Of a DNA stretch of 64,000 bases, positions 1-13,494 are shown piece after piece (the first letter of the stretch is position 1; each line of letters begins with the position of its first letter). A program made the translations under genes and the position numbers. This DNA is from Selaginella moellendorffii. Taxonomy: Eukaryota; Plantae; Lycopodiophyta. Below the pieces are notes generated by a model. That model was not told the origin of the DNA, ran no database searches, and saw only the letters and a list, made by a program, of their open reading frames with translations. The stretch lies in assembly GCF_000143415.4 (NCBI RefSeq), contig NW_003314381.1, positions 62,001 to 126,000 of the forward strand, in the 5' to 3' direction.

Positions 1-472
1 TTTCAGAGCTTGCCCCGGGAAGTTCACACCAAGAACGAGCTCAACTCAATGACACTCGAGTTTAGATGCGAGTGCAAACGAGAAAACACGATCAATGCCT
101 GTTCCAGCCTCGAGATCGATGACAAGAACGACGAATCAAGCTCCACTTTCACGCACCTCTTATATCTGGTTGGTAGCGACAAAGAAGTGAGCAGGAGTCG
201 AACAACGTGGAGAAAACCAAGCTTTTAGAAAATTGATAAATTCTTGTTCAGTTCAGTTGAAGAATTTTGGTCAGGCAGGGCTTTAGCAAAATCCTCATTG
301 AAGACTAGATATTTGGGTTATTCGAAAGACAGGCTATACTAGCAAGTGCAAGACTATCCTAAACCAGCAAGAGTAAAATCAAGTATCCAATAGTTCTTAA
401 GTTTAATATATATTTTTATTATTTTATTTACATTTATAAATTATTTTCTTCAAAAGAATATTGATTTCACTT

Positions 473-3400
473 TGTGAGTGTATGGAATATGGAAAGGGAA
501 TACAAGAAATATATATATCTAACTTATATAGAAGAGTGAGTAGTTTGGATTGAAACCAATCTGACATTTACCAAAATCCTATTATGATAATATACTATAA
601 CATCATAATTGTACACTTAGACTTTATATCATCCCCTCATCTCAGAATGATGGAAGCCCGTCATGGTTCTTTCATGAATGGGCCAGAACATTAGGGGGAG
701 GCATTAGTGGATTTATAGATGGTGCTAATTATTCTTAATCCCTTTGTACGAAACATTTTAGCTGCTGCACATACACAATTTTTGGAGGATCTGCTTGTTG
801 AACGTCATGCCGAACCTCATAAACTTGTAGTCCAACTTACCACAACACTCAATATAGTCCTTTCCACTGAGTAAGAAGCCCTTTAGATAAACCACATATC
901 GTAAAATAGGGAAAACAAATTAACACCAAGTCATCCACTTTCTACTTTGCAAGTGGATGATGATGGGAATTGTAGTGCCATTATTGTCCCACTTGCATGC
1001 GGCAAGGTGTTTAGTAAATTTTGTTCTGACAAGATGCTTGTCAAATATTGATCCCACAACCTAGCATCACTTGCCCACGGCAATTATAAAAGTAAACCCA
1101 ACTCCGTTGGCAATATTGGATCATGACCATATAATAGTTTGGTGAAACATCAATAAAACTTTACACTTCTATAACATACATATACCGAAGAGATGGCAAA
1201 TAACCATCCTAATTCGAATGCTAAAAGTTCACATACTTCGCGATCATCCTTTTAAAGGTCCAAATGAGCCGTTCCACCAAACTATATAACTATAGATGAT
1301 AAGCACTTGTGAAAGTGTGGCGTATCCCCAACCAAGGCGTCAAAACGTGAAATGCCTCAGCCATAAATGTAGGACCATTATTTAAAAAAATCTGCTTCAA
1401 ACAGAAATGTTGGAACACCACTCTATTGAGGAGGAAGTATCTAACAGCAGTTATAGATGCATTAGCAAAATCACTAACTTCCACCCAACAAGTCAAGTAG
1501 TCAGAAGCAATAATATTATACTCATTGCCAGCAGTTAATCATGAAAAATGCCCCATTAAATCAAATGCCATCAACTCAAAAGGACAGGTAACTGCAATTT
1601 ACTCCAACCGCCTTTCCGCAACACGAGGGGGAGTATTACAAGCTTGGCACCAAACGCAATTATACATATACCAATTAACATCATAATGCATCTCTAGCTA
1701 ATAGAAATATTTGAGTAGCTTTTCGATCACACAATGATGTCCCATATGCCCCCCTAGAATAGGAGAATCATGGTAGGCATGAAAAAACGTGGAATAAAGA
1801 TCGAAGGCACCACTAGCCGTAAACGATTATCAAGATCTATCCCCACAAAAATAAATAAAGTTGTCCTCAAGGCGATATTGAGAATGTAAATGCCAGAATG
1901 GCAAATCATCAATAAATGATGCAAAATTCTTAAACAAATCTCGAAGCTTTCGAATCCATGGCTCAATATTTTGAGCTTCGCGAGCCTCATCAAGAGAAGG
2001 TAGACTTTGTTTTACACCTTGTGGACACTGAACATCAAGTACAGCAACCGCCGATGGCACAGAATCCTTGTCTAGAAAATCCACAAATGCTAGAATAACA
2101 TGTTCATCAAAAACATAAGAAGAGAGCGAAGAAGGAAGAGGAGCTTGAGAAAGGGTATCGACATCAGCTATAAAACTCCCCGAGTGATAAACAACATTAA
2201 AACCATATATTTGAAGTTTCAAAGCCACTAAGTAATATGACTAACTAGGTTCTTCCGCTTTAATAATGAAGTAATAGCAGTATAATCACTTTCTAGTAAC
2301 ATTTGAAAACTATATAGATATGCATGAAATTTCTCGAAACCCCAGACCATTGCTAAAGACTCCTTCTTTGTTGTGGAGTAATTCACCTCCGCTAGTTGTA
2401 ATATATAGCTTATATATAAAATAGGATGGCATTGACTAAGCACACTCAGGCTCTTTTGCATCAGCACACATTCAAAACCAATATTAAAAGCATCTACGTG
2501 CAAAATAAAAGGTCAAGTGGGGAGTCGTCAATAGCTTTTTGAGATCCATGAATGCCCCTTCACAATCTACAAACTAAATGAAAGATGACTTTGATGATTT
2601 CAACAATGCTCGGAACGATGCAGTGTAATCAAAAAGATGATCCACAAAACAACTGAGATACTGCACTTTGCTCAGGAAGTGTTACACATCATTCATACAC
2701 TTTAAAGTAGGGAACTTTAGAACAGCTATAAATTTGTCAAGATTAACTTGCAAACCCTCATGAGAAATATGGTACCCAAGATAAAATAAAATACGACATA
2801 TTCCTCCTACATCCCCTCCGAGAGGATCAAGACATCATCAATAAAATCAATAGTCACCTCCGACATATCATAAAAAACCTTGTCCATCATCTGTTGAAAA
2901 GTTGTTACAACATTATTTAAACCAAATGGCATTACCAAGAACTTGTACAAACCAAACAGTGTACGAAAAGCAATCTTAAGAATATCTTCTTTGGCCATTG
3001 GTATTTGCCAATATCCAGAAGAAAAATCTAGCTTGGTGAATCAACGACTTTTTCCTAGACAATCTAAAAAATCAATAGTGTGAGGAAAAGGGTACACATC
3101 CAGGATTGTTACTTCATTTAACAAATGATAGTGGATGCAAAAACAAATACTCCCATTACGTTTTGTCACAAAATGAAGTTCACATGCCCAAGGATTTCAC
3201 GACTTTCGAATAACACCCTTTTTTAACATCTCCTTATCGTTTGCACATAAAATTTTGATTTCCTTAGGTGATCGATGACAAATAGAAACCTTGATTGGAT
3301 GAGCATCCCTAATTGGAATCAGATGATGTATGGCAACCTTCGCCCCAGACAATAGGTCAAATTTAAAGAGATTTGCATACTCTTTCATGAGCTGGTCAAC

Positions 3401-4418
3401 TACTATAACACAAAGACCGTCAGAGGGATCAGAAAGGGGAAAAGCAGAACAAAACAAAAATATAGAAGGATGCATAAGTCCTACAAAATCTTGACAAAAT
3501 GCTAACCACAACATTCCTACCTTAATCTGCTTTGACATATTTGGCTTCACACAAAGCAAAAGGCTTCAAAAACAAATGCCAAATTGTATCATCGACTCAG
3601 ATGGCCCTTAACAAAGATGATGCAATTGTTGGAAAGCATTAATCACAATCCTCAGCATGTCCAAATGTGTGTTTGAAGACATCCAAGAGAATACTCTAAT
3701 CCCTATGAGTGGTTGCACTTAAACTATTGTACCACTGTAGCACTATCCCTTTGAGACATATAAGAAACTCACGTAAATATTAAACAATATCCCAAGAATG
3801 ATATGTTGCAATCACCATGAAGTGATCGAACCCATAGTACACATCATCCTTAGGATTCCCATGAAAGAATTCCGGCTAAACGCGAGGATTGGCACCAAGA
3901 GGAGGAGGAGTTATACTATGTGCCGTGAATGCCACCACCATCAATTGAGTTTAATTGTTCAATTGCAATTGCATAACTTCAAGCAATTGCACCAACTACT
4001 GCTCCAGAGTCAAAGGAGGAAGAAATTGCTACTATGCTATGAAGATAAATAAAAAGGAAGGAGTAAAGAAAAACTAGAAGGAAAGGGAGATCTAGATAGT
4101 ACAAAATCTAAACTAAAATCCCAAAAAAAAAAGAACAAAATAAAGGAAATGGAAAAAATTAGATTTAAACGATGCAAAACCTACATCTAAACTAAATCCT
4201 AAATCCAAGCACTCCTTAGGGACAATCAAAACTACCTCTCATCTTCATTAATGTGAGTGCGTAGAATATGGAAGGGAATATAGAAAATGTGTATATTAAT
4301 TAGCCCAAAAACCATACCTTATATACAAGAGTGAGTGGTCTGAATTGAAACTAATCTGACAACTATCAAACTCCCACTACACTAATATTAGCATATAGCT
4401 GTACACTTGGACTTCATT
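473..4418 (-). mobile_element. Degenerate Ty3/gypsy LTR retrotransposon (copy 1), short LTRs 473-628 and 4252-~4418
   Basis: Direct repeats start TGTGAGTG at 473 and 4252. The minus strand carries RT (VMPFGLNN, FIDDVLI), RNase H (VDAFNIG, NYSTTKKES) and integrase (HTFTSAYH) fragments in gypsy order. PPT-like AGATGAGGGGA abuts the 3' LTR. Many stops and internal deletions. Confidence 0.92.
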
Positions 4419-4696
4419 TAGAAAACTTCATTTAGAATATCATCTTCATTTTAAAAAATTGCTATTAATATTTCTAGTAATTAATTATTTATATAATTAT
4501 TTTATCACCTTTAATTAGACTACTCTATTTAAAAGTAGCTAGAACCTTCAAATAAATATATTTGGAACCTATTTATAATTTGAGCTATGAACTATGTTAA
4601 ATCATAATTAAATTAGAAATAAATAATATATATAAATATATAGCAAGCAGTTTGTGATATTAGTTTTTGGGAAGTACACATTTTAACAGTTTATTA

Positions 4697-4817
4697 GAGT
4701 TTAAATATAGAGAAAAAATACTTATAACATCTAATTTTTTAATTGGGATATTTAAGATTAATCATTTTTTGATATTATTAGGTGACCTTTGGGGGAGTTT
4801 AAATTCTAGAGCTTAAA
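4697..4817 (+). mobile_element. Highly decayed Cassandra-like LTR remnant
   Basis: AAATATAGAG..GGGATATTTAAGATTAA..TTAGGTGACCTTTGGGGGAGTTTAAA is colinear with the LTRs at 12236-12818. Confidence 0.45.
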
Positions 4818-7266
4818 GTGTACCTTAGTTAGTCTTGTATAAACAAATAAAAACATATGTGTGCTTAATTTGTATTTATGTAATTCAAAAAATAATATTT
4901 TAAACACAACTTTTTTAACATAGAGGCATACATTGGTATTTATCACATATGCATAGCAAAGTCCAGGACAACATAAAGTCTACAACTTTGTATGTTGCAT
5001 AAATTTTAACAAGAAAATTAGTAAATTAGTTAACCTATAGTAACTACACCATGCTCTTTTGACTCCATACAAGGCATGTACTTGAAAACTGTAGGATTGA
5101 TATACACTAGCCACTTCCTACAAAATTATAGGGATGAATTCTAATTTCAAAATGCATACACATTTGCTATGATATATAGGGTGATTGCATGGTTATATTA
5201 ATGCAAAATCTAAACACTAACCATGCAAACGAAGTATTTTCACACTAAGAACAATATCTAAAAAATAGACATTTCCCACCATCTCTAGGATCCCATAACT
5301 TTTCAATGGTAGACTATAGAGAAAGTTACAAGGTGATGGTAGCCATATATCTAACTATATGTTATTTATGTGCAAAATTTTTAGCTCCTTAATTGTAGCA
5401 AATATCTAAAATGAAAAATACATACATTAGCATGTGCATTAGAGAAGAATGGGCATAATTAATTACTTACTTATGAGTAAGTGTTGCATTCCAATGCTTC
5501 TTATTCACCATAATTCAATTATTGCAACAATTACGAAGTTCAAGCCAAGAAGAAAAACCCTTAAAAAGAAAGCATTACATTTTCAATTTGCAACACACTT
5601 AAATGCAACAAACCATTGCAATGAAAAACATTTTATATATGGTTAGGATCACAAGAAATTGATAAATATAACTTTATTACAGTTATAATAATATCCATTT
5701 GCTCATAGAAAAACCACCAAACTCGATACCCAGAGCACCCAAAGAAATATTTTACCTTCAACTCCATGTTCCAATTGATCATGCTCACCTTTGTATTAAT
5801 CTTTTGCTGAGAGTGTTAACCTACAAACAAGCCAGGAAAAAATAAAAGGCACTTTCAGGAGTGATCAAAGCACCATGTTTACATTAGAGCATACTACGAT
5901 CAAAATATGCCTTCAATTTGCAAACAATGAGCCAACTAAAAAAAAGAGAGATTATCATAACTAAATGATAACAAATCTGCTAAATGACACAAAAATAAAA
6001 TTAAAAAAAAATTCACTAGACTTTTGGTGATGTCATGTTGTCTGAGATAATATGGTAGCATTTTTCCCATATATATCCCATACATATATAAAATATCCCA
6101 TGACAAAAATATTGTACGGACAATCTATTTTAGATTGCTTATATAGCAATTGAAAAGTGATTATATACATAATAATTTTCATGCAATTCAAAAAGTAAAA
6201 ATAAAAATAAATCTACACATATGTAATATATAATGCAGGCATATGTACATTCATTACCATGATAATTGTAGTATTAAAAATATAAAAATAAATAAAAGGA
6301 TATAAAAAAAATATAATATCAAGATACTAGCAAATCCAATAGCTTTATATATAAATATGCCTTGAAATACTACATGATACATAATTGTTTGTATTAAATT
6401 CATATAAAGTATTTTTGGAAGTTTGCTTACTATAACAATTCTGAACAGTAAAGTATATTGGTTAAAAACATTCAAGTTTAAAATTGCAATATTTATTGAA
6501 GAACCATACTATTTTATCATAATATTTTAAAATAAATTCCTATTATTTTGCAATTTCAAACAAAAGTTCATAATATTTTTTAATGATTCTAAAATTATTT
6601 TATCTTTTGATTACGCAAAAAGAATATAACTAATTTTTAATATTGATTTATTTTTTTCATTAGGAGAGACCGAAAAATCTATCACTATAAGAACTTGTAT
6701 TGTAATATAAAATAATAATCATCAAATTACAATAAAATTAATCATGAATATATTTATATTAATTATATGTGGTTAAAGTATGAGAATTACCTGTTTTGAA
6801 ATTATATTTTAGTTTATATTTTATAGCATTCTTAATAAATTTTGAAAATATTATATTATGTTTACACCTTTCATATATACATCTGTGTTTTAAATAGGCA
6901 TTTATTTTTATATTTAATAATTATATAAGTAATGTTTTTAAAGTAGTAATTTTAGTATTATCTGTATAAGTTGTTGGACAACTAAAATTATAATCTATTT
7001 TCTCTAATAATTTATAAAATGGTGCAATAATTTTACCAATATCACATGAATTTAATTATGTTATATTTGGAGTAAGTTTTATTAAAGTTTGTGAGGCCCA
7101 AATGTACAATTACAATGCTATATACTAATATTAAGATAGTGGGATTTTAGTAGTTGTCAAATTAGTTTCAATCTGGACCACTCACTCCTGTATATAAGCT
7201 ATGGTTTTTGGGTTAATTAATATGCACATTTTCTATATTCCCTTTCCATATTCTACACATTCACAT

Positions 7267-7284
7267 TGGTGGAGATGAAGGGTA
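7267..7284 (+). other. Primer-binding site resembling the complement of a tRNA-Ala 3' end
   Basis: TGGTGGAGATGAAGGGTA lies 1 nt after the 5' LTR. Plant tRNA-Ala ends ..CATCTCCACCA (recalled, not database-checked). Confidence 0.7.
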
Positions 7285-8509
7285 TTTGAATTGTCCTTAA
7301 GGAGTGCTTGGATTTGGGATTTAGCTTAGATGTAACTTTTGCATTGTTTAAATCTAATTTTTTCCATTTCCTTTCTTTTGTTCTTTCTTTTAGGGACTTT
7401 TGTTTAAATCTACCTTTTACATTGTCTAGATCTCCCTTTTCTTTTAGATTTCTTCATTTATTTTCTTTTGCTTTTTCCTTTACATTCATATTCATGGCAA
7501 AGCAGCAATCTCCTCCTCTTTCGACTCTGGAACAACAGTTGGTGCAATTGCTTGATGCTATACAATTGCAATTGAACAACTAAACTTAGTTGATTGCAGC
7601 ATTCACAGCACGTGATACAGTTCCTCTTGTTCTTAGTGTCAATCTTTGACTTTGGCTAGAGTTCTTTCATGGGAATCTTGGGGATGATATGTACTATTGA
7701 TTTGATCACTTCACAATGATTGCCATATATCATTCTTGGGATGATGCTTAACATTTGCATGAGTTTTCTACATGTCTCCAAAGGACAACACTACAGTGGT
7801 ACAATGGTTTGAGCATAGCCACTCATAGGGATTGAAGTATTCCCCCAGACATCTTCAAACGTGCATTCAAACATGCCAACGATTGTAATGATGCCTTCCA
7901 ACAATTGCACCATCTTCGTCAATGACCATTTGAGTCAGTGATATAATTTGGTGTTTGTTTCTAAAATCTTTTACTTCGTGTAGAGCCAAATATATCAGAG
8001 CGGATCAAGCTGGGAATGTTATAACTAACACTTCCTCAAGATTTTGTAAGACTTGTGCATGCACTTGCTCCAGCCACCCCTAACGAAGCCCTTCACTTGG
8101 CACAACATTATGAGATGTTGCCTCTTCCACTTCTTGTTGCCACTCCTTGTGGGAGATGGTCTTATTCTAATGGAGGTTGATGTTGCTGTTGCCTATATTT
8201 CTGTCTTGTTTTGCCCTTCCTTTTTCTGATCCCTCTAACAGTCTTTGTGTTGTAATGGTTGACCGGCTCATGAAGGAGTATGCCAATCTCTTTGAATTTG
8301 ACCTATCATCTGGGGCCAAGATTGCCACACATCATTTGATTTCAACTAGGGATACTCGTCCAATCAAGGTTCTTATTCGTCATTGATCACCCAAAAAGAT
8401 CAAGATGTTACATGCAAATGTTAAAGAGATGTTGGAAAAGGGTGTTATTCGAAAGTCATGGAGTCCTTGGGCATGTGAACCTCATTTTGTGATAAAGCTT
8501 GATGGGAAT

Positions 8510-8707
8510 TGTCACGAATATGACTTCAGGTATCAAAAGTTACATGTCGACTAGTCCTTTCAAATATTCTTTCCTTACTATCACGACAGTAGAAAGTTAG
8601 TATTGCTAGACCCATTATCAATCTCCACTTAAGCTAGTTGAGAAACTGGTCATGTTATCTTATGGTAAATCACCATAAGATAAAGGGTAAAAACCACATG
8701 CGCTACA
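8510..8707. mobile_element. Solo LTR (198 bp) inserted in the gypsy RT
   Basis: TGTCACG...GCTACA flanked by 5-bp TSD GGAAT (8505-8509, 8708-8712). Absent from the homologous site in copy 1. Confidence 0.9.
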
Positions 8708-11700
8708 GGAATATTCATTTCTGCATCAACTATCGTCCGTTAAATGAAGTGACCATCCCTGATATATAACCTCTTCCTCACACTATTGATCTTTTGCATT
8801 GTCTAGGGAGAATTTGTTAGTTCACAAAGCTAGATCTTACTTCTAAATACTAGCAAGTACTTATGGTCAAAGAAGATATTCCTAAGACTGCTTTTCGTAT
8901 AGCATTTGGTTTATATGAGTTCTTAGTGATGCCATTTGGTTTAAATAATACTCTAGTGACTTTCCAGCGGATGATGGACAAGGTTCTTTGCGATATGCCA
9001 AAAATGACGATTGACTTCATTGATGATGTCTTGATCCACTCGGAGGGGATGTGAGAGGAATACGTTCATGATGTTCATAAAGTATTAGATCGGTTACGGG
9101 AAGTTAGTTTAAAACTGAAGCGGTTGAAGTGCGTATTTGGGTCCAAGGACACAAGTTATCTTAGGTATTGTATTTCTCGTGATGGTTTGCATGTTGATCC
9201 TGACAAACTTATAGCTATTCTAAAGTTCCCCACTCTAAAGTGTGTGAATGATGTGCAGTGCTTCTTATGAAAGGTGCAATATTTTAGTTGTTTTGTGGAT
9301 CATATTTCTAATCGTACTGCACTATTGCGAGCATTACTGAAATCATCAACATCATCTGGTCTGCAAACTATAAATGGGTGTTTATGAATCTCAAGGAGCT
9401 ATTAACAATTCCTCTGGTTTTAGCATATCTTGACTACACTCGACCTTTTATTTTGCGCAAGGATGCTTCTAATATTGGTTTTAGAGGTGTGTTGATGCAA
9501 GAGATTTTAAGTGTGCCTAGTCAGCACCATCCCATTGCATTAAGAAGCCGTACATTACAATTAGTAGAGGCAAACTACTCCACAATAAAAGAGTGTTTAG
9601 CAACAATTTAGGGATTTGAAAAACTTCATGCATATCTATAGACATTACTAAAAGGTGATCATGTTGTTGTTACCTTATTATTGAAGTGGAAAAACCTAAT
9701 TAGTTATATTGTTCGGTGGGCTTTAAAGCTTCAAATATATAATTTTGATGTTGTTTATCATTCGGAGAGTTTTATGGCTAATGCTGATGCCCTTTCTCGA
9801 GCTCCTTTTTCTTCTTTGCTCTCTTTTTATATTTTTTATAAGCTTGTTATTCTAGCATTTGTGGATTTTCTAGACAAGGATTCTATGCCATTGGTAGTTG
9901 CTATACTTGATATTCAAAGTTCACAAAGTGTAAAGCAAAATCTACCTTCTTTTGATGAGGTTCGTGAGGCTTAAAAGATTAAGCCATGGATTTGAAGGCT
10001 TTGAAAAGGCTTTGAGAATCTTGTATCACTTGTTGATGACATACCATTCTGGCATTTACATTTTCAATATCACCTTGAAGATGGCCTTCTTTATTTTGTA
10101 GGGACATATTCTGATGATCATTTACGGCTGGTGGTGCCTTTAATCTTTATTCTATGGTTTCTCCATGCCTACCATAATTCTCCTGTTCTAGGTGGGCATA
10201 TGGACATCGTCATGTGACCGAGAAGCTATGCAAGTCTTTCTATTGGCCAGAGATATGACATGATGTTATCTAGTATGTGCATATCTATGTTTGGTGCTAA
10301 GCTCGTAATACTCCCCCTCATATTGCAAAAGAACAGTTGGAGTTAATTGTAGTTTCTTATCCATTTGAGTTAGTGGCATTTGATTTTATGGGACATTTTC
10401 CATGATCAATTGCTGGCAATGAATATGTTAAAATTGCTTTTGACTACTTGACTCGCTGGGTGGAAGTTGATGTTTTTATTATTGCCTCTGCAATTGCTAT
10501 TAGGTACTTCCTCCTCAATTGAGTGGTGTTCCAACATTCTTGTCCAAAGCAGATTCTTTTGAATAATGGTCCTGCATTTATGGTTGAGGTATTTCATGTT
10601 TTAACATCTCAGTTGGGAATACATCACACTTTTACGAGTGCTTATCATCCACAAACAAACAGTTTGGTGAAATGGCTTATTTGGACATTCAAAAGGATGA
10701 TCATAATATATGAACTTTCAGCATTCGGATTGGGATGGTTATTTGTCGTTTCTTTAGTATACATATGTCATAGGGGTGTAGAGTTCTATTGATACTTCAC
10801 CATATAAACTCCTATATGGTCATGATTCAATATTACCAATGGGGTTTACCTTCATGATTATCATGAGCTATCGATGCTAAATAGTGGGATCAATATTTAA
10901 CGAGCATTCTTCCACTTGTCCAAGCAAAGTCTGCCAAACACTTGGGCCACGTACAAGTGGGAAAATAATAGCATTACAACTCCTATCATCATCCACCTAT
11001 GGAGTACAAAGTGGATGACTTGGTGTTAGTCCGTTTTCCCCATCTTACGGTACATAGTTTATCTAAAAAGTGTAAGCGACTAAATTTTCTATTTTACATT
11101 AGTCACTTAACCACATTTCCGACCACTTGGAAGAGTCTCACTCACAACTTCCAAAAATCTTATTCCAGATTTAGGGCTTGCTAGCCCCAAGAATGGCATC
11201 CATGCCACTCAGCCTTTGCACTTGGTCCAAGTGCTCCTCGTTTCTAATTCCATAAATGACACCCAAGGTACCACCCATATATCAGCCTGTTATGTTAAGG
11301 CCATGCCTATTCATCTTTGTCATACTGATGATTTAGCACCACCTACATCATAGTCCTGTCTCTTAAAGACTAGATCATCTGTCCATAAGTGATCATCCCA
11401 GATCCACTCCTTACCATCCTTAGGATGCCTGCAAACATAGGGAGGAACCTTCCCTAATATCCCTCTTTCGGTCCCCACTAAGTCCCCTTTTTATCCTTGG
11501 CCGTGTTTGCCAACACTGCCACTAAGTCAAGGCCCACATACTCGACCACTAAGTCCCATTGTCCTCTAAGACTTCTTTACCATGTGACTATATTTTTGGT
11601 CACTACACTAGAGGATTGCTCCTTTTTCTTTTCATAATCCGAGACTTTGGGATAACATTTCAAAACATCATGGCCCTACGTGAGCCTCATAGGTACTTTT

Positions 11701-12083
11701 CCCACCTTCCGCCTTTGGGTGCTATAGCCATGGAGCTTGAGTGAGGTTCCGTTGAGCCATGCCAAGTTCCAAGTAGGTAGTACCACCCACACTTGGATTG
11801 GGAGCATTAACCATTTGATCTCCCAAAGGAGCTAAAGCTAGAGCTAGCTCTTGAACACTTCACTAAACTACCCCATTTTCTATCTGTATTCACTCTAGCT
11901 TTGGACTCCTTAGTGGATGTATCATCACCCAACATGTGAGTATAGCATTCTTAGGTACACTAGCCTTTCCTGGCCAAATTGGTCCAACCCCCACACTCTC
12001 CCTACTATACTTTTGGAACACCCTGCAACCCCCTCGGGGGATGATCGCTTTAAGCTTTCACCCAACAGCTTATATTAGTATTT

Positions 12084-12230
12084 GGACTCAAACTCAAACT
12101 CAGACTCGGAGTTGGAACTCAGTCTTGGACTTGGACTCGGACTCGAAGTTGGACTTGGTCTTTGACTCAAACTCGGACTCAGACTCGGTCTCGGTCTCAG
12201 TCTTAGTCTCAATTTTATCTCAGACTCCAT
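12084..12230. repeat. Degenerate hexamer tandem repeat (GACTCR/GACTTG)n
   Basis: Visible 6-nt periodicity. Confidence 0.85.
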
Positions 12231-12235
12231 CTCGG

Positions 12236-12818
12236 TGTAAGCAACTAAAGAGAACGACTCAAGAGATGATCCATAGGGTTCAAATATAGAGGGAAAAGGC
12301 CCATGAATAAGATTGCACCCCTTTTTCTAATTGGTTAAGGGTTTTGGGATACTTAGGGTTAAACGTCCTTGGGTTTGAATAGTATTAGGCTGGGTGACCT
12401 CCTAGGAAGTTCAAACTCATGATCTTACATTTGGTATCAAAGCAGGTTTTAAGTTTGACTTTGTTGATTGGCTAGGGGAATCACACCACATGTTAATTGA
12501 CATCTAGTAGGTCCAATGTGCTCCGACTGAGCTCGACCTGAGGGTAAGGTGTCAAGAGAGTAGGGCTCTCGAGAGAGTTGTGGCTCTCAACTTCCATTCA
12601 CAAGGGCGTGAACTTGTAGGGAAGCATGGTGGATTGTAAAGAATGACTCGAAAAATGGTCCATAAGGTTCAAATATAGAAGGAAAGGGCCCATAAATAAA
12701 AGTGCACCCCCTTTTCCAATCGGTTAAGGGTTTTGGGATACTTGGGGTTTAGTGTCCTTGGGTTTAAATAATATTAGGTTAGGTGACCTCTTGGGAAATC
12801 CAAACTTAGGAGTTTACA
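12236..12818 (+). mobile_element. Cassandra-type TRIM with 5S-rRNA-related LTRs (12236-12429, 12635-12818)
   Basis: TG..CA LTRs, perfect 5-bp TSD CTCGG, iMet-type PBS TGGTATCAAAGC and ~200-bp non-coding interior. LTR segment GTTAAACGTCCTTGGG..AGTATTAGGCTGGGTGACCTCCTAGGAAGT resembles the 5S rRNA A-box to C-box region. Confidence 0.93.
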
Positions 12819-13494
12819 CTCGGGTCCTTTTTCTAAAGACTAACTTATTGCTTGCTTCAAGCTTGTTCCTCAAGCCCTTCATTGGGAGTTCCACTCCTAC
12901 TCTTGACTTTTCAAGTCAGAACTTTTAATCTAAACATGTTACATTCGTTTGGCTTTCGCTTCGGCCACTACCCTTTCAGCTTCAATTTGAGGCTTAGAGA
13001 TTTATGTCTCACAAGGGGCTCCTTGCTTAGTGGAAAGGACCATATCAAGGGTTGCAGCAAGTTAAACCGCAAGTTTATGAAGTTTGGCATGACGTCCAGC
13101 AAGCCAATCCTCCAAAAATTGTGCATGTACAACAGTTGAAATGTTTTATACAAAGAAATCAGGAACAATTGGTACATGTTCCTCCAAATCCTGGCCCACT
13201 ACAAAAGAACCTTGATAGTCTTCTATTATTTCAAGAGGAAGGGATAATATGAAATTCAAATGTACGGTTACGATGCCATATACTAATATTAACATAATGG
13301 GATTTTGGTAGCTATTAGATTAGTTTTAATCCAGACCATTCGCTCTAGTATATAAGCTAGGGTTTTTAGGCTAATTGATATGCACATTTTTTGTATTCTC
13401 TTTCCATATTCCATGCACTCACAAGTTAAGAATTAAAATAATTAAAATATATAATTATTTATAATTAATTTATTCATTTTAATTTAAATTATAA

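Larger units (their letters stand above)
11071..13013. mobile_element. TG..CA-bounded insertion in the gypsy integrase C-terminus (probable large solo LTR) containing a Cassandra element
   Basis: Interrupts the sequence just upstream of the KGPY motif that is contiguous in copy 1. Ends are TGTAAG..CTCACA. Flanks AAAAG/AGGGG look like a G>A-eroded TSD. Confidence 0.75.
7090..13423 (+). mobile_element. Degenerate Ty3/gypsy LTR retrotransposon (copy 2, same family) with nested insertions; LTRs 7090-7265 and ~13248-13423
   Basis: TG..CA termini and 4-bp flanking repeat AGTT (7086-7089, 13424-13427). PBS at 7267 and PPT GAGGAAGGGATAA before the 3' LTR. gag, RT, RNase H and integrase (AYHPQTN, KGPY) fragments. 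Confidence 0.95.

Noticed and set aside
1-230. Minus-strand TATA-like motif with an upstream TCTCCACGTTG resembling an snRNA USE; possible snRNA or miRNA gene
   Set aside because: Downstream sequence matches no snRNA or miRNA I recognise. More likely the promoter/5' UTR of a gene leaving the window.
4820-7080. Short ORFs in the AT-rich spacer between the gypsy copies
   Set aside because: Low complexity with no recognisable domains; probably old repeat debris.
7267-7292. tRNA-Ala gene fragment
   Set aside because: It abuts an LTR and includes the CCA complement, so it is a PBS.
12084-12230. CRISPR-like array or Asp/Ser-rich protein ORF
   Set aside because: Simple hexamer repeat without spacers inside a transposon relic.
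12358-12410. 5S rRNA gene
   Set aside because: Only the internal promoter segment is present, inside paired LTRs with PBS and TSD, so it is Cassandra.
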